Positions 18,539 to 29,669 of a stretch of 64,000 nt of DNA are shown here, piece after piece. The translations under genes were made by a program, and so were the position numbers. The notes below the pieces were generated by a model. It did no database searches. It saw nothing but the letters and a program-made list of their open reading frames with translations, and was not told where the DNA came from. The DNA is from Deltaproteobacteria bacterium. GTDB taxonomy: Bacteria; Myxococcota_A; Polyangia; Fen-1088. The stretch spans positions 160,001 to 224,000 of the forward strand of contig JANRKS010000034.1 in NCBI GenBank assembly GCA_033763315.1. The letters run 5' to 3'. Position 1 is the first letter of the stretch. The number at the start of each line of letters is the position of its first letter.

Positions 18539-19579
18539 ATGTTCATCGCTGTCTTTGTGACGCTGTTGGCGGTTGCCAGTCCCGAGTTCGTGAACAGGCT
18601 TGAAGCCGGGCGGGCGTTGTTCAACGCCGGCAAGACGGGCGAAGCGCTCAAAGCTTTCGACGATGCGGCCAAGCTCGCGCCGGAAAACGCCAGCGTTCAC
18701 TACTTTCGTGGCGTCGCGCTGGAAAAGCAGGGTAAGAACGCAGAAGCTTTGGCCGCCTACCGTCGCGCCGTGGCGCTGGAACCAAAGTTCGCGGAGGCAC
18801 AAAACAATCTGGGTGGCCTGCTGTTGGCGGACGGCCACGTGGATGCGGCTGCCGCGGCGTTCAAGGCGGCGGTGGCGGCGAAACCACAAAACGCCCGCGC
18901 TCAATACAACCTTGGGGTTTGCTTTGAACGTCAGAACAACAACAATGCGGCGCTGCTTGCCTATGAAAAGGCGCTCAAGCTCGATCCGCGCGACGGCCAG
19001 ACGGCGCTCAACCTAGGGGTGGCCCAGCGGCGGGCAGGGCAGGCGGATAAAGCCTTGGCCACGTTGAAAACGGCAACGCAACTGGCACCCAAGGAGCCGC
19101 AGGCGTGGATCAATTGGGGATTGGCCTTGTCCGACGCGAACCGGTTTGATGAAGCCCAGTCCTCTTTAACCAAGGCGACCGCGTTGGCTCCAGCCTCAGC
19201 AGCCGCGTGGCACGCGTTGGGCCGCATCGAGTGGAAACGCAAGCGACACAACGAATCGGTGGCGGCGTTGTCGAAGGCGGCCGAATTGGAGCCGAAATCG
19301 CCCGTCATCGCTGCCGACCGATGCCAGTCGCAGGCGGCCAAAGCGCCGGATGCCGAGGCGGAGCGTGTGTGTGAGGCGGCATGTGCGCTGGATCCAAAGG
19401 CGCCGTTGCCCCGGTATGTGTTGTTGAAGCTGAAAGCCGCCGCTGGCAATTGCGCCGCGGCAAAACAGTCATTGGCGGTCTTGCTCAAACAACCTGGCCT
19501 CTCGGAGCGGGTCAAAACTGGCGCGCAAGCGCTGGCCGATGGCTGCGTGCCGGCCAAGGCGGCCCCCGTTCGGCGCTGA
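18539..19579 (+). CDS. Exported TPR-repeat protein
   Basis: Signal peptide, about 8 TPRs (AQNNLG, AQYNLG, AWINWG). Confidence 0.88.
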   Translation: MFIAVFVTLLAVASPEFVNRLEAGRALFNAGKTGEALKAFDDAAKLAPENASVHYFRGVALEKQGKNAEALAAYRRAVALEPKFAEAQNNLGGLLLADGHVDAAAAAFKAAVAAKPQNARAQYNLGVCFERQNNNNAALLAYEKALKLDPRDGQTALNLGVAQRRAGQADKALATLKTATQLAPKEPQAWINWGLALSDANRFDEAQSSLTKATALAPASAAAWHALGRIEWKRKRHNESVAALSKAAELEPKSPVIAADRCQSQAAKAPDAEAERVCEAACALDPKAPLPRYVLLKLKAAAGNCAAAKQSLAVLLKQPGLSERVKTGAQALADGCVPAKAAPVRR

Positions 19580-19624
19580 AGCGATCGAAAGCAGACCGAA
19601 TCGTTTGCCTACCGTTCATGACGC

Positions 19625-21129
<1,505 letters not shown>

Positions 21130-21183
21130 TGATCGTGCCTGGGTTTATTGTCAGTTGATCCCTCGATTCGCGGCCGGCCGTTT

Positions 21184-22728
21184 ATGTCAAAGCAAAGCAT
21201 CCTAATCTTAGATTTCGGTTCTCAGTTCACGCAGTTGATTGCCCGGCGCGTTCGCGAGCAGAAGGTTTACTGCGAGATTCATCCTTTCAACCTGTCGCTC
21301 GACAAGATTCGTGCGATGGCGCCCACAGGCATCGTGTTTTCTGGCGGTCCCTCGTCGGTGTACGACGACACAGCTCCGAAGATTGATGCGGAGATCTTCA
21401 AGCTGGGCCTTCCCATTCTCGGGATCTGCTACGGCGTGCAAGTCACGTCTTTCATGCTGGGCGGCAAGGTGGCGCGTGCCGAGCATCGTGAATACGGCCG
21501 CGCCCAAGTTGAACTCAAGGGCGACAGCGAGCTGTTTGCCGGCTTCGGCGCCAACGAGCACATGTCTGTGTGGATGAGCCATGGCGACCGCATCGAAGCT
21601 TTGCCCGAAGGCTTTCGCGTCATTGGTACCAATCCAAGTTGCCCCGCGGCCGCGGTGGAAGCACCGCACCTTAAATTTTGGGGCGTGCAGTTTCACCCCG
21701 AGGTGGTGCACACCCCGCGCGGGGGCGAGCTGATCTCGAACTTTCTATTCCGTATCTGCCGCTGTGAGCCCACGTGGACGATGGCCAACTTTGTCGATGA
21801 AGCCATCGCGACCGTGCGCAAACAAGTGGGCACATCGCGAGCGATCTGCGGCTTGTCAGGTGGCGTGGATTCCTCCGTGGCCGCGGCCCTTGTGCACAAG
21901 GCGATCGGCGATCAGTTGACCTGCATCTTCGTGGACAACGGCTTGCTTCGCAAAGGTGAGCGGGCGCAGGTGGAATCCTTGTTTCGCGATGCCTTTCACA
22001 TGGATTTGCGCGTGGTCGACGCCGCCGAGCGGTTTTTGTCGGCGCTAGCGGGTGTCACCGAGCCGGAGCAAAAGCGCAAGATCATCGGCCGTGAGTTCAT
22101 CGCTGTGTTCGATGAAGAAGCGCGTAAGTTGGGCGGCGCGGATTTCTTGGTGCAGGGCACGCTTTACCCGGATGTGATCGAGTCGGTCTCGCACAAGGGC
22201 CCATCGGCCACGATCAAGTCGCATCACAACGTGGGCGGCTTGCCTGAGCGGATGAAGCTCAAGCTGACCGAGCCATTGCGCGAGCTCTTCAAAGATGAAG
22301 TGCGGGCGCTTGGTGAAGAGGTGGGCCTGCCGCACCACGTGTTGTGGCGTCAACCCTTTCCGGGTCCGGGCTTGGCCGTTCGCGTTTTGGGCGAAGTCAC
22401 CGAAGAGCGTTGCGAAGTGCTGCGTGAAGCCGACGCAATCATTGACGAAGAGATTCGCGCTGCGGGCCTCTATGAATCGATTTGGCAATCCTTCGGTGTT
22501 TTGCTTCCGGTGAAAACCGTGGGCGTGATGGGAGATGAACGGACCTACGCCGACGTGTTGGCGATCAGGGCCGTGCACTCCAAAGACGGGATGACGGCCG
22601 ATTGGGTGCCGTTGCCCTATGACGTGCTCGGCAAGATGTCATCGCGCATTGTCAACGAGGTGCGAGGCGTAAACCGCGTGGTGTACGACGTCTCGTCCAA
22701 GCCACCGGCAACGATTGAATGGGAGTGA
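21184..22728 (+). CDS. guaA: GMP synthase (glutamine-hydrolysing)
   Basis: [45 protein letters not shown]. Confidence 0.98.
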   Translation: MSKQSILILDFGSQFTQLIARRVREQKVYCEIHPFNLSLDKIRAMAPTGIVFSGGPSSVYDDTAPKIDAEIFKLGLPILGICYGVQVTSFMLGGKVARAEHREYGRAQVELKGDSELFAGFGANEHMSVWMSHGDRIEALPEGFRVIGTNPSCPAAAVEAPHLKFWGVQFHPEVVHTPRGGELISNFLFRICRCEPTWTMANFVDEAIATVRKQVGTSRAICGLSGGVDSSVAAALVHKAIGDQLTCIFVDNGLLRKGERAQVESLFRDAFHMDLRVVDAAERFLSALAGVTEPEQKRKIIGREFIAVFDEEARKLGGADFLVQGTLYPDVIESVSHKGPSATIKSHHNVGGLPERMKLKLTEPLRELFKDEVRALGEEVGLPHHVLWRQPFPGPGLAVRVLGEVTEERCEVLREADAIIDEEIRAAGLYESIWQSFGVLLPVKTVGVMGDERTYADVLAIRAVHSKDGMTADWVPLPYDVLGKMSSRIVNEVRGVNRVVYDVSSKPPATIEWE

Positions 22729-23858
22729 TCGGCCTTTGCCTTTCGGTGGGGTTATGGCTCGCCCAAACCCCCGCAGCGCCCGGCGCTTCACCCGCCGCCG
22801 AACCCGCCACCGTCACGGCCGAGGACACGGATGTGGCAGAAGTTGCCATCGTTGATGGCAACGTTGTGGGCGCCAAGAAGCGCGCTTTGGAAGAGGCGTT
22901 TCTCCACGCTGTTGATCGCGTGTTTGCCGCTGAGTTAGGCGACGCCGGCTTTGTTGAAGGTGCCGTTCCCGATGAACTCACAAAGTTCCGTGCCACATTT
23001 GCCACCAGCGCGCGCCGTTATGTTCGCAGCTACCGCGTGGTCGAGGAAGTGGAAGCGAACGGCAAGCTGAAGGTGCGGGTCGCCGCAGCCGTGGATCGGG
23101 TGTTTCTGCGGCGGCAGATCGAGAAGAGCCGCGCGGCGGTCCCCTCCGCAACCCCGGCCGCTGCAACGGCCCCCATTCAGATCGTGATTGCCGAAGGTAC
23201 GCCGGACCTCGGTGTCGCGGTGGCCAATGCCCTACGCTCAAGCGGCCTCAACGTTGTGACAGCCGAGCCATCGGGGCCCCGGGGCGAGGCCACCCGCGTG
23301 ACGGTGAAGGTGCAGGTCATCCCGCCCGAGGCGGTGAAGGGAGCAGGGCTGGTGGCTGTTCGCTGCGAGGCCACTATCGGTTTTAAGAAGCCAAATGCGT
23401 GGCTTGAATCATCGGTTCCGCGTACGGCCGAGTGGGGCTTTGCAGAGCAGGGCGCCACGGCTACCAAGGCTTGCGTGGATCGCTTGGCAACGGTGGCTTC
23501 GAGATCGCTTGTGCCTGTGCTGGCCGAATCCGTGTCACCCGTGGCGCGCAAGATGGTGACCGTGGTGCTTGACCTCGTGGAGCCACTCGCGCTCGAACGT
23601 TTTTTACGCAAGCTGCGCGCGGTGGGTGCGGTCAGCCGCTTTGAGCTGCGGCGCATTGCCGTGGGTGTGGCGGAGGTTCGCCTTGAAACCAACCTGGCGG
23701 CTCAGGCTGTTGCCACGACGCTCACGCAGGCCATGGCTGATGAACTGAGCGTGGTCGTCACCGCAGCGGCCGGTGACCGCGTGAGCTTAACGTTGCGTGT
23801 TCGCGTAGACGCCAACGCGCCCGGTGTTTTGGAAGAGGATGCGGTTGAAGGCCAGTGA
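22719..23858 (+). CDS. Exported hypothetical protein (FlgT-N/DUF2066-like N-terminal domain)
   Basis: Signal peptide; '[21 protein letters not shown]' pattern. Confidence 0.55.
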   Translation: MGVIGLCLSVGLWLAQTPAAPGASPAAEPATVTAEDTDVAEVAIVDGNVVGAKKRALEEAFLHAVDRVFAAELGDAGFVEGAVPDELTKFRATFATSARRYVRSYRVVEEVEANGKLKVRVAAAVDRVFLRRQIEKSRAAVPSATPAAATAPIQIVIAEGTPDLGVAVANALRSSGLNVVTAEPSGPRGEATRVTVKVQVIPPEAVKGAGLVAVRCEATIGFKKPNAWLESSVPRTAEWGFAEQGATATKACVDRLATVASRSLVPVLAESVSPVARKMVTVVLDLVEPLALERFLRKLRAVGAVSRFELRRIAVGVAEVRLETNLAAQAVATTLTQAMADELSVVVTAAAGDRVSLTLRVRVDANAPGVLEEDAVEGQ

Positions 23859-24198
23859 CGGGCAAGCGCATCGGTGCGGAGCGCCAGCCCTTTCGCTCGC
23901 GGTGGCTCTGATTGCAGCCTCGGTCGCCTGGTTTTCCGGCTGCGCCAGCTTACGGTTCGAGGGCGCGGCGGCCTTAAGGATCGATTGTGATGTGGCAGCG
24001 GCGCAGGTGTTCATCGACGACGCCTATGTGGGCCAAGCGGAGGAATGGTCAGTGGACGGGCGGCTCGTCAAGCCCGGGTTTCACCGTCTCGAGATCCGCT
24101 ATCCCGATCGCTACACGCACTATGAAGAGCTCGAGTTGGCCAAGGGCGATGCCGTTCGCGTGCGGGCAAATTTGCGGCCTGTGCTCGAGTGGATGTGA
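23824..24198 (+). CDS. PEGA-domain lipoprotein
   Basis: FSGC lipobox-like; AQVFIDDAYVG, PGFHRLEIR; start uncertain. Confidence 0.7.
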   Translation: MFWKRMRLKASDGQAHRCGAPALSLAVALIAASVAWFSGCASLRFEGAAALRIDCDVAAAQVFIDDAYVGQAEEWSVDGRLVKPGFHRLEIRYPDRYTHYEELELAKGDAVRVRANLRPVLEWM

Positions 24199-24381
24199 AG
24201 TCCGCTCGTTACACTCTTGGCCCGCGGTTACATCCGCATGCCACGGCCCCCACACTGTCAACTCCGTGTCGCGTTCTGTTTATTCTGGTTGTTGAGGCCG
24301 GCAGCCCTCAATGTCGCGGTGGCAAGGCTGGCGGCACGTGGCCCAGAACTTGAAGTGCTGATCCTCACAAAGGATCCTTTC

Positions 24382-24642
24382 ATGCCTGCCACCAATCCGA
24401 GTCTTCCCCGTTTGCCGAACTGCCGGTCTCCCGCGGCTATGCACGAGCGCGAAGAGGTCTATTCGTTTCTCGATGTGTGGGCTGATGAAGACACGCAGGT
24501 GTCATCGCCGGTGCCAATGTCCGAGTTGGTCAACGGCGCCGGCACCGAACCTCGCAACACAAACCACCTCAAAGTTGCCGACACAGCTCAATGTGCCGAG
24601 GCACCTTGTAAGGCGCCAGATAACGGGCGCAATGCTCAATGA
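24382..24642 (+). CDS. Possible small hypothetical protein (86 aa)
   Basis: AAAGGA SD + ATG, sigma54-like TGGCCCAGAACTTGA at 24339-24353; overlaps the convergent gene by 74 nt. Confidence 0.35.
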   Translation: MPATNPSLPRLPNCRSPAAMHEREEVYSFLDVWADEDTQVSSPVPMSELVNGAGTEPRNTNHLKVADTAQCAEAPCKAPDNGRNAQ

Positions 24643-26089
24643 TGTCTTCGACGCGGCACGCGCTGGTGGGCACCACACGGGCCACGACCATCGGCCCCTT
24701 GTGTTCGTCGTAAACGATCCGAGCCTCCGCCTGTTTGACGAGAGCAAAGGATTCTAGGCAGCCCTCCACCTCTCCAAGGGCCACCCGGCGTCCCTCGACC
24801 CATACCAGGTCATCCTCGCGGCCTGTCACGTGCAATCGTCCGTCGACGGGATCCACGAAGCCAAGATCACCCGTGCGGAACCAGCCATCGCGATCGGTGC
24901 GCCCAATGGGGATGCCAACCGGCCCCACGGACCGAATCGCGCGCGGCAATTGCGGCACGGCGGCCGGACTTGCATTGTTGGTCTTCAGCCATAGCCGCCC
25001 CGCGACCCCCATCGGCAGCGTGGTGCCATCTTGCGAGGTCACACGGGCTTCGACACCGGGCAGGAGCCTACCGGCCATCGACTCGTCCTCAGAGACGCCC
25101 TCCAAATCCAGCGCGACGGGCCCCGTTTCGGCAGAGTGAAAAATGGGGATTAGGGCGCCATTGAACTTGGCTTTGAAAGCCGCCGAGGCGGCTCGCAGGC
25201 CGGGCGATTCGATGCAAAGGCAACGCGCCTTCGGTGTGGGGAGGGCCACGGTGATCGTCTGGCAAACGGCTGAATACTGCGCAGGCGTGCCGAGGACCAG
25301 ATCCGCGCCGTTGTCTTTCAGCAAGCGAACGAGACCTTTGGCCGAGAACTCGTCTTCAAGCACCATCGTCAGCTGACAGCCGAGCCCCAGCAGCAGGCCC
25401 ACATCGAACCCTGCGCTGTAATGAAACGGGGTGGGAATCAGGATCGTTTGCCCGGGTTGGGCATCGAGCGCGGTTCCCAAGGAGGCAGCGATGCTTTCCA
25501 GTTGGGCGTCGCTGCGAAGCACGCCCTTTGGATCGCCGCCGGCGTCTGCCGCGAACGCCACCATGGACGGCAGGCTGAGCTCGAGGTTCACGGGGGCGTG
25601 CTTATAGAAGTTCACCGTCAGCAGCGACCCGGCCAAACGCTTCTTGCTTTCAGCGACGTGCTTGGGCGTTGCCGCCTTGGTGACGTCCGTGACCCGCAAG
25701 GCCAGCGGTGTGGGCCGCGATCCTGGCCGTTGTGGCGCGGCCACAACGGGCGCCGTGCTGTTGGTGGCGGGACGGGTGACCAACGCGCGAATCGGCGCTG
25801 CTTCAAGCAGCATGTCGAGATCACGAATGCTGGTGGCGGGATCCAGCGGCACAGCGGCCGCGCCCAATCGATCCAATGCCAATGCGAGCACGACGAAATC
25901 GGGGACGTTGCCCAGCATTAGGCCCACGAGCGTGCCGGGGGTGACGCCCATCGAGCGCAGCTCTTGCGAGCGGCGTTCAACCCGGTGTTGCAGGCCGCGC
26001 CAAGACAGGTAGGCGTCCCGGTAAACCAGCGCCCTTTGACTGCCGTGGTGCCTTGCCGCCTCGTCGAGCCACTGAGAAAGAATGGGCAT
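24569..26089 (-). CDS. Class I adenylate-forming enzyme family protein with degenerate catalytic motifs
   Basis: FRTGDLG, GREDD and LAPYKVPR retained; P-loop reads FAADAGGDPKG. Confidence 0.8.
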   Translation of the reverse strand: MPILSQWLDEAARHHGSQRALVYRDAYLSWRGLQHRVERRSQELRSMGVTPGTLVGLMLGNVPDFVVLALALDRLGAAAVPLDPATSIRDLDMLLEAAPIRALVTRPATNSTAPVVAAPQRPGSRPTPLALRVTDVTKAATPKHVAESKKRLAGSLLTVNFYKHAPVNLELSLPSMVAFAADAGGDPKGVLRSDAQLESIAASLGTALDAQPGQTILIPTPFHYSAGFDVGLLLGLGCQLTMVLEDEFSAKGLVRLLKDNGADLVLGTPAQYSAVCQTITVALPTPKARCLCIESPGLRAASAAFKAKFNGALIPIFHSAETGPVALDLEGVSEDESMAGRLLPGVEARVTSQDGTTLPMGVAGRLWLKTNNASPAAVPQLPRAIRSVGPVGIPIGRTDRDGWFRTGDLGFVDPVDGRLHVTGREDDLVWVEGRRVALGEVEGCLESFALVKQAEARIVYDEHKGPMVVARVVPTSACRVEDIIEHCARYLAPYKVPRHIELCRQL

Positions 26090-26221
26090 ATGGAAAAACC
26101 CGGAGGGATAACGATTGTATCCTGGGGCACGGCCTTGAACAAGGCAGTAACGTACCTAATCCGAGTCCGACCCACCTTGTAGCCAAGGCGTGGCAGACGC
26201 GATAACCAGAGCGGGCGAGGG

Positions 26222-27511
26222 CTATTTTTGCGCCACCATGGGGTCTTCGCCGGCCGCTGCTGGTGAGGCCCGACGGGCGCTCCACGCGGCCAACATCTGC
26301 TGCGCGGCGAACGTGGCCTTGATGCGCCACTTGGCAGAGTTGCCAATGAGTACGGCGAAGGCCACCTCGGGTTTGTCGGCCGGAGCATAGCCGACGAACC
26401 AGCTGTAAAGCAGTTCGCCATCCGCGAGGCCGGCGGGTGGCTGTGGATCGTCGGGCCGGCCTCGGTAGTTCAACGAGCCCGTCTTGCCGGCCACACCAAA
26501 AGGCAGCAGCGGTCGGCCCCTGCCGTCAACGAATCCCGATTTGGCGGTGCCATTGCGGGTGGTGGTTTCCATCATGGCGCCCACCTCCTTGGCCACCGCC
26601 GGGTCGATCACACGGCGGGCGCGTCGGCCTGGCGCGGGCAAATCATTGCCGTGACGATCCACCGCCTTTTGAATCAGGCGCGGGCGGGGCATGAGGCCCT
26701 CGTTGGCAATGGTGGCCGCCAACAGGGCACCGTGAAGCGGCGACAAACTTGTGTGAAAAAAACCGGCGGACATGCGAGCGAACTCGAGCTTGTCGCGCGG
26801 CACATCGAGCGCGGAGGTTTCAACGGGCGCCACGAACGGCATGGGCAGACCAAACCCAAAGGCCATCGCGGTCCTCCGCATGGATAGAGCATCCAAATGC
26901 CGGGAAGCCATTTTGGCGACGATGGCGTTTTGTGATTTGCCCACGGCATACGCCAAGGTGTCGCAGGTTTTGTCCAGCGAAGGGACGTCTTTAAGATTGT
27001 CTTCGTCGATGCGGGCGAGGCCGCCGTGGTAGCAGGTCTTCGATTGCGCCGTCAGGCCACCCTCGGCCACCAGCGCTGCCGCAGAAACCACTTTGAACAC
27101 GGAGGCCGCCGGCGCCCACGCCTTAAGCGCCAGGTCTTCGGGCCCAAGCTTCGCATCCAGCGCGGACCTTCCTGACATCACCAAAACGTTGCCATCCGCC
27201 ACCGAAACCATAACGGCGGCGCCATAGGGAACGTGGAACTTATCGAAAACATCGTCGGTCGCCTTCTGCAGGGCGGGATCGATTGTGAGAACCGCCTTTC
27301 CGCCAGACCGCAAAGGTGCGACCAAGCCAGTTTCACTGGCGCTGAGCTTTGCGAGATCCAGTTCGAGCGCGGCGCCGGTGTGAGACGCTGTCGTAACGTT
27401 TGGCGTAACGCCTTGCGCGGTTCCCGCGTACAGCAGCGCCACCCCGACCAGCAGAAGCCCAGCCTGGCTGGCGCCGGGTGCGACCCGCCGAAATCCTTGA
27501 AAATGCTTCAT
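26222..27511 (-). CDS. Penicillin-binding transpeptidase-domain protein
   Basis: SVFK, SQN, KTG motifs, WFVGYAP; N-terminal hydrophobic segment; start 27511 or 27523. Confidence 0.88.
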   Translation of the reverse strand: MKHFQGFRRVAPGASQAGLLLVGVALLYAGTAQGVTPNVTTASHTGAALELDLAKLSASETGLVAPLRSGGKAVLTIDPALQKATDDVFDKFHVPYGAAVMVSVADGNVLVMSGRSALDAKLGPEDLALKAWAPAASVFKVVSAAALVAEGGLTAQSKTCYHGGLARIDEDNLKDVPSLDKTCDTLAYAVGKSQNAIVAKMASRHLDALSMRRTAMAFGFGLPMPFVAPVETSALDVPRDKLEFARMSAGFFHTSLSPLHGALLAATIANEGLMPRPRLIQKAVDRHGNDLPAPGRRARRVIDPAVAKEVGAMMETTTRNGTAKSGFVDGRGRPLLPFGVAGKTGSLNYRGRPDDPQPPAGLADGELLYSWFVGYAPADKPEVAFAVLIGNSAKWRIKATFAAQQMLAAWSARRASPAAAGEDPMVAQK

Positions 27512-27612
27512 TGTGACGCCCATGGAGCACAGTGTCTTACATGTGGTTGATGGTGTCAAAAATGCTTCACCTTTACGAGAGGGCCGTGCTGCATTACGCT
27601 GGACAATGAAAC

Positions 27613-28536
27613 TTGTCTCGGAACACTCCAAGGCGCGGAAGCGATAGCACCGACACGGATCACGTTCGGGCTAAGACCGTCGTCACCAGCATCAGCCGCA
27701 TCACCGAACGCGCTCCCGGCAAGGAAGCGTGTTTGGTGGTCATTTACGGGCAAGATCTGGGGCGAAAGTACAACTTGGAGTCGCCCACCTTGGTGCTGGG
27801 TCGGTCGTCTAAGTGCGACATTCAGATAGACCAAGAATCCGTCTCGCGCGCCCACTCTAAGATCATGAACCAGGGCAAGACCATTCGCATTCGCGACTTG
27901 GGCTCGACCAACGGTACCTACGTCAACGACGAACAGATCGAAGAGCGCACCTTGACCGATGGCGACCTGATCAAGATCGGCCGCACCATTTTCAAGTTTT
28001 TGTCGGGTGGGAATATCGAGCGCGCCTATCACGAAGAGATTTACCGTCTCACTACAGTCGACGGTCTCACGCAGATTTTCAATAAACGCTACTTTATGGA
28101 GTCTTTGGAGCGCGAGATCGCGCGTTCCAACCGATACCGGCGCGAGATGACGTTGGTCATGTTCGATATCGACCACTTCAAACAAATCAACGACACCTAC
28201 GGCCACTTGGCCGGGGACCAGGTGCTCAAGAGCCTTGCCTCCACCATCAAGGCGAAGATCCGGCGTGAGGATCTGTTCGCTCGTTATGGTGGCGAGGAGT
28301 TCGCCATCGTGCTGCCTGAAATCGACGGCTACAACGCGCAGCAGTTCGCTGAGAAGATTCGCCGGATTGTGGAGATCACCGATTTCTTCTTCGAGGGAAC
28401 GAAGATCCCGGTGACGATATCCATGGGTGTGGCCGTCTTGGACGCGGAAACCTCGGACGCGGGGGCTTTGATTAAGAAGTCAGACGAGCGTCTGTACGAG
28501 GCCAAAAAGGCCGGCCGCAACTGTGTGCGCGGTTAA
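27613..28536 (+). CDS. FHA-domain diguanylate cyclase
   Basis: FHA (LGRS, VSRAH, GSTNGT), GGEEF active site, RRED I-site. Confidence 0.95.
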   Translation: MSRNTPRRGSDSTDTDHVRAKTVVTSISRITERAPGKEACLVVIYGQDLGRKYNLESPTLVLGRSSKCDIQIDQESVSRAHSKIMNQGKTIRIRDLGSTNGTYVNDEQIEERTLTDGDLIKIGRTIFKFLSGGNIERAYHEEIYRLTTVDGLTQIFNKRYFMESLEREIARSNRYRREMTLVMFDIDHFKQINDTYGHLAGDQVLKSLASTIKAKIRREDLFARYGGEEFAIVLPEIDGYNAQQFAEKIRRIVEITDFFFEGTKIPVTISMGVAVLDAETSDAGALIKKSDERLYEAKKAGRNCVRG

Positions 28537-28565
28537 ACCGCCGCCTTTACAGGGGGTGATCGCGC

Positions 28566-29657
28566 CTATTCGGGCTCGAGGGCCTCAAGCACTTCTTTGA
28601 GGTTCGGAATGCCTTCACGGGCGCCTATCGAGCGGCAGCGCAGACCGGCCGTGGTGTTGGCGAACGATAGAGCCTTCTCTAACGGCCAACCCATAACCGT
28701 GGCATACGCAAAGGCGCCGCAGAACACGTCACCCGCGCCGGTGCTATCGGCCACGAACACATCGAGTGATCCCTGCTGGACAAGCTTGTCGCCTTCAAGG
28801 GCTATCGCGCCGTCGTTGCCCAATGTGATGACGGCTGTCTTGGGGCCAAGCCGTACGATTTCGGACAGGCTTTGCTCCACCTTGTCGGACGGTGCAAACT
28901 CATTTGCGAAGCGTTCGGAGCCGATCACGATGTCCGCGATGCCCAGCAATTCGCCCATGCCGCCCACAAGGTGGCTGGCGTTGAGCAACACCGGAACGCC
29001 CCGATCACGGGCCTTCTCTGCGACCACGGCTTGCACCGCGGGGTTGTAGCCGTCGATGCACAGCAAAGCCGCGCCATCGAGCAGCTTGCGCGGCAGATCC
29101 TTCGGGGTTAAGGGCGTCACGCTGCCGCGCGTGGTGAGGATCTTGCGCCTGCGGGAAAGCTCATCGATTTGCACGATGGAGAGCGGCGACATGGCACCGG
29201 GCTGCGGCGTGACCATCGAGCAGTCGACCTTATAAGCTTCAAGCCCGCGCGTGATGTAGCGCCCAAAATCGTCATCACCCACGCGGCCAAAAAAACGTGC
29301 GGGAGCGCCGAGCGCTGCGGCGGTGGCAACCATGTTCCCGACCGTTCCGCCCCCCTGCATGCTGAATACGGACAGCTCGACCAAACGATCGCCGATGCGC
29401 GGCGCCACGCAGAGCATGTCGACCGTGGCAAGACCAACGCCCACAATCAAACGCGGCGTCGCGCCGGCCGTGGCTTTCACATTTGGCTTCTGCGGCGTTG
29501 GCTTCGCGGCCTGTGGCTTCGCGATAGGCTTCGCCGTCCGCTTTACCGGCTTGGGCGCGACCGCTCGACGCTCGCCTGTGGCGACGGCCTTATGCTTGAT
29601 TTTGGCCGGCTTCGTGGCTGAGGGCTTCGCAGACTTCGAGCGGCTTGCACCTGGCAT
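28566..29657 (-). CDS. PfkB family carbohydrate kinase with Lys/Pro/Ala-rich N-terminal extension
   Basis: GGGTVGN, GRVGDDDFG, DSTGAGDVFCG. Confidence 0.9.
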   Translation of the reverse strand: MPGASRSKSAKPSATKPAKIKHKAVATGERRAVAPKPVKRTAKPIAKPQAAKPTPQKPNVKATAGATPRLIVGVGLATVDMLCVAPRIGDRLVELSVFSMQGGGTVGNMVATAAALGAPARFFGRVGDDDFGRYITRGLEAYKVDCSMVTPQPGAMSPLSIVQIDELSRRRKILTTRGSVTPLTPKDLPRKLLDGAALLCIDGYNPAVQAVVAEKARDRGVPVLLNASHLVGGMGELLGIADIVIGSERFANEFAPSDKVEQSLSEIVRLGPKTAVITLGNDGAIALEGDKLVQQGSLDVFVADSTGAGDVFCGAFAYATVMGWPLEKALSFANTTAGLRCRSIGAREGIPNLKEVLEALEPE

Positions 29658-29669
29658 GACGTCAGCGTA

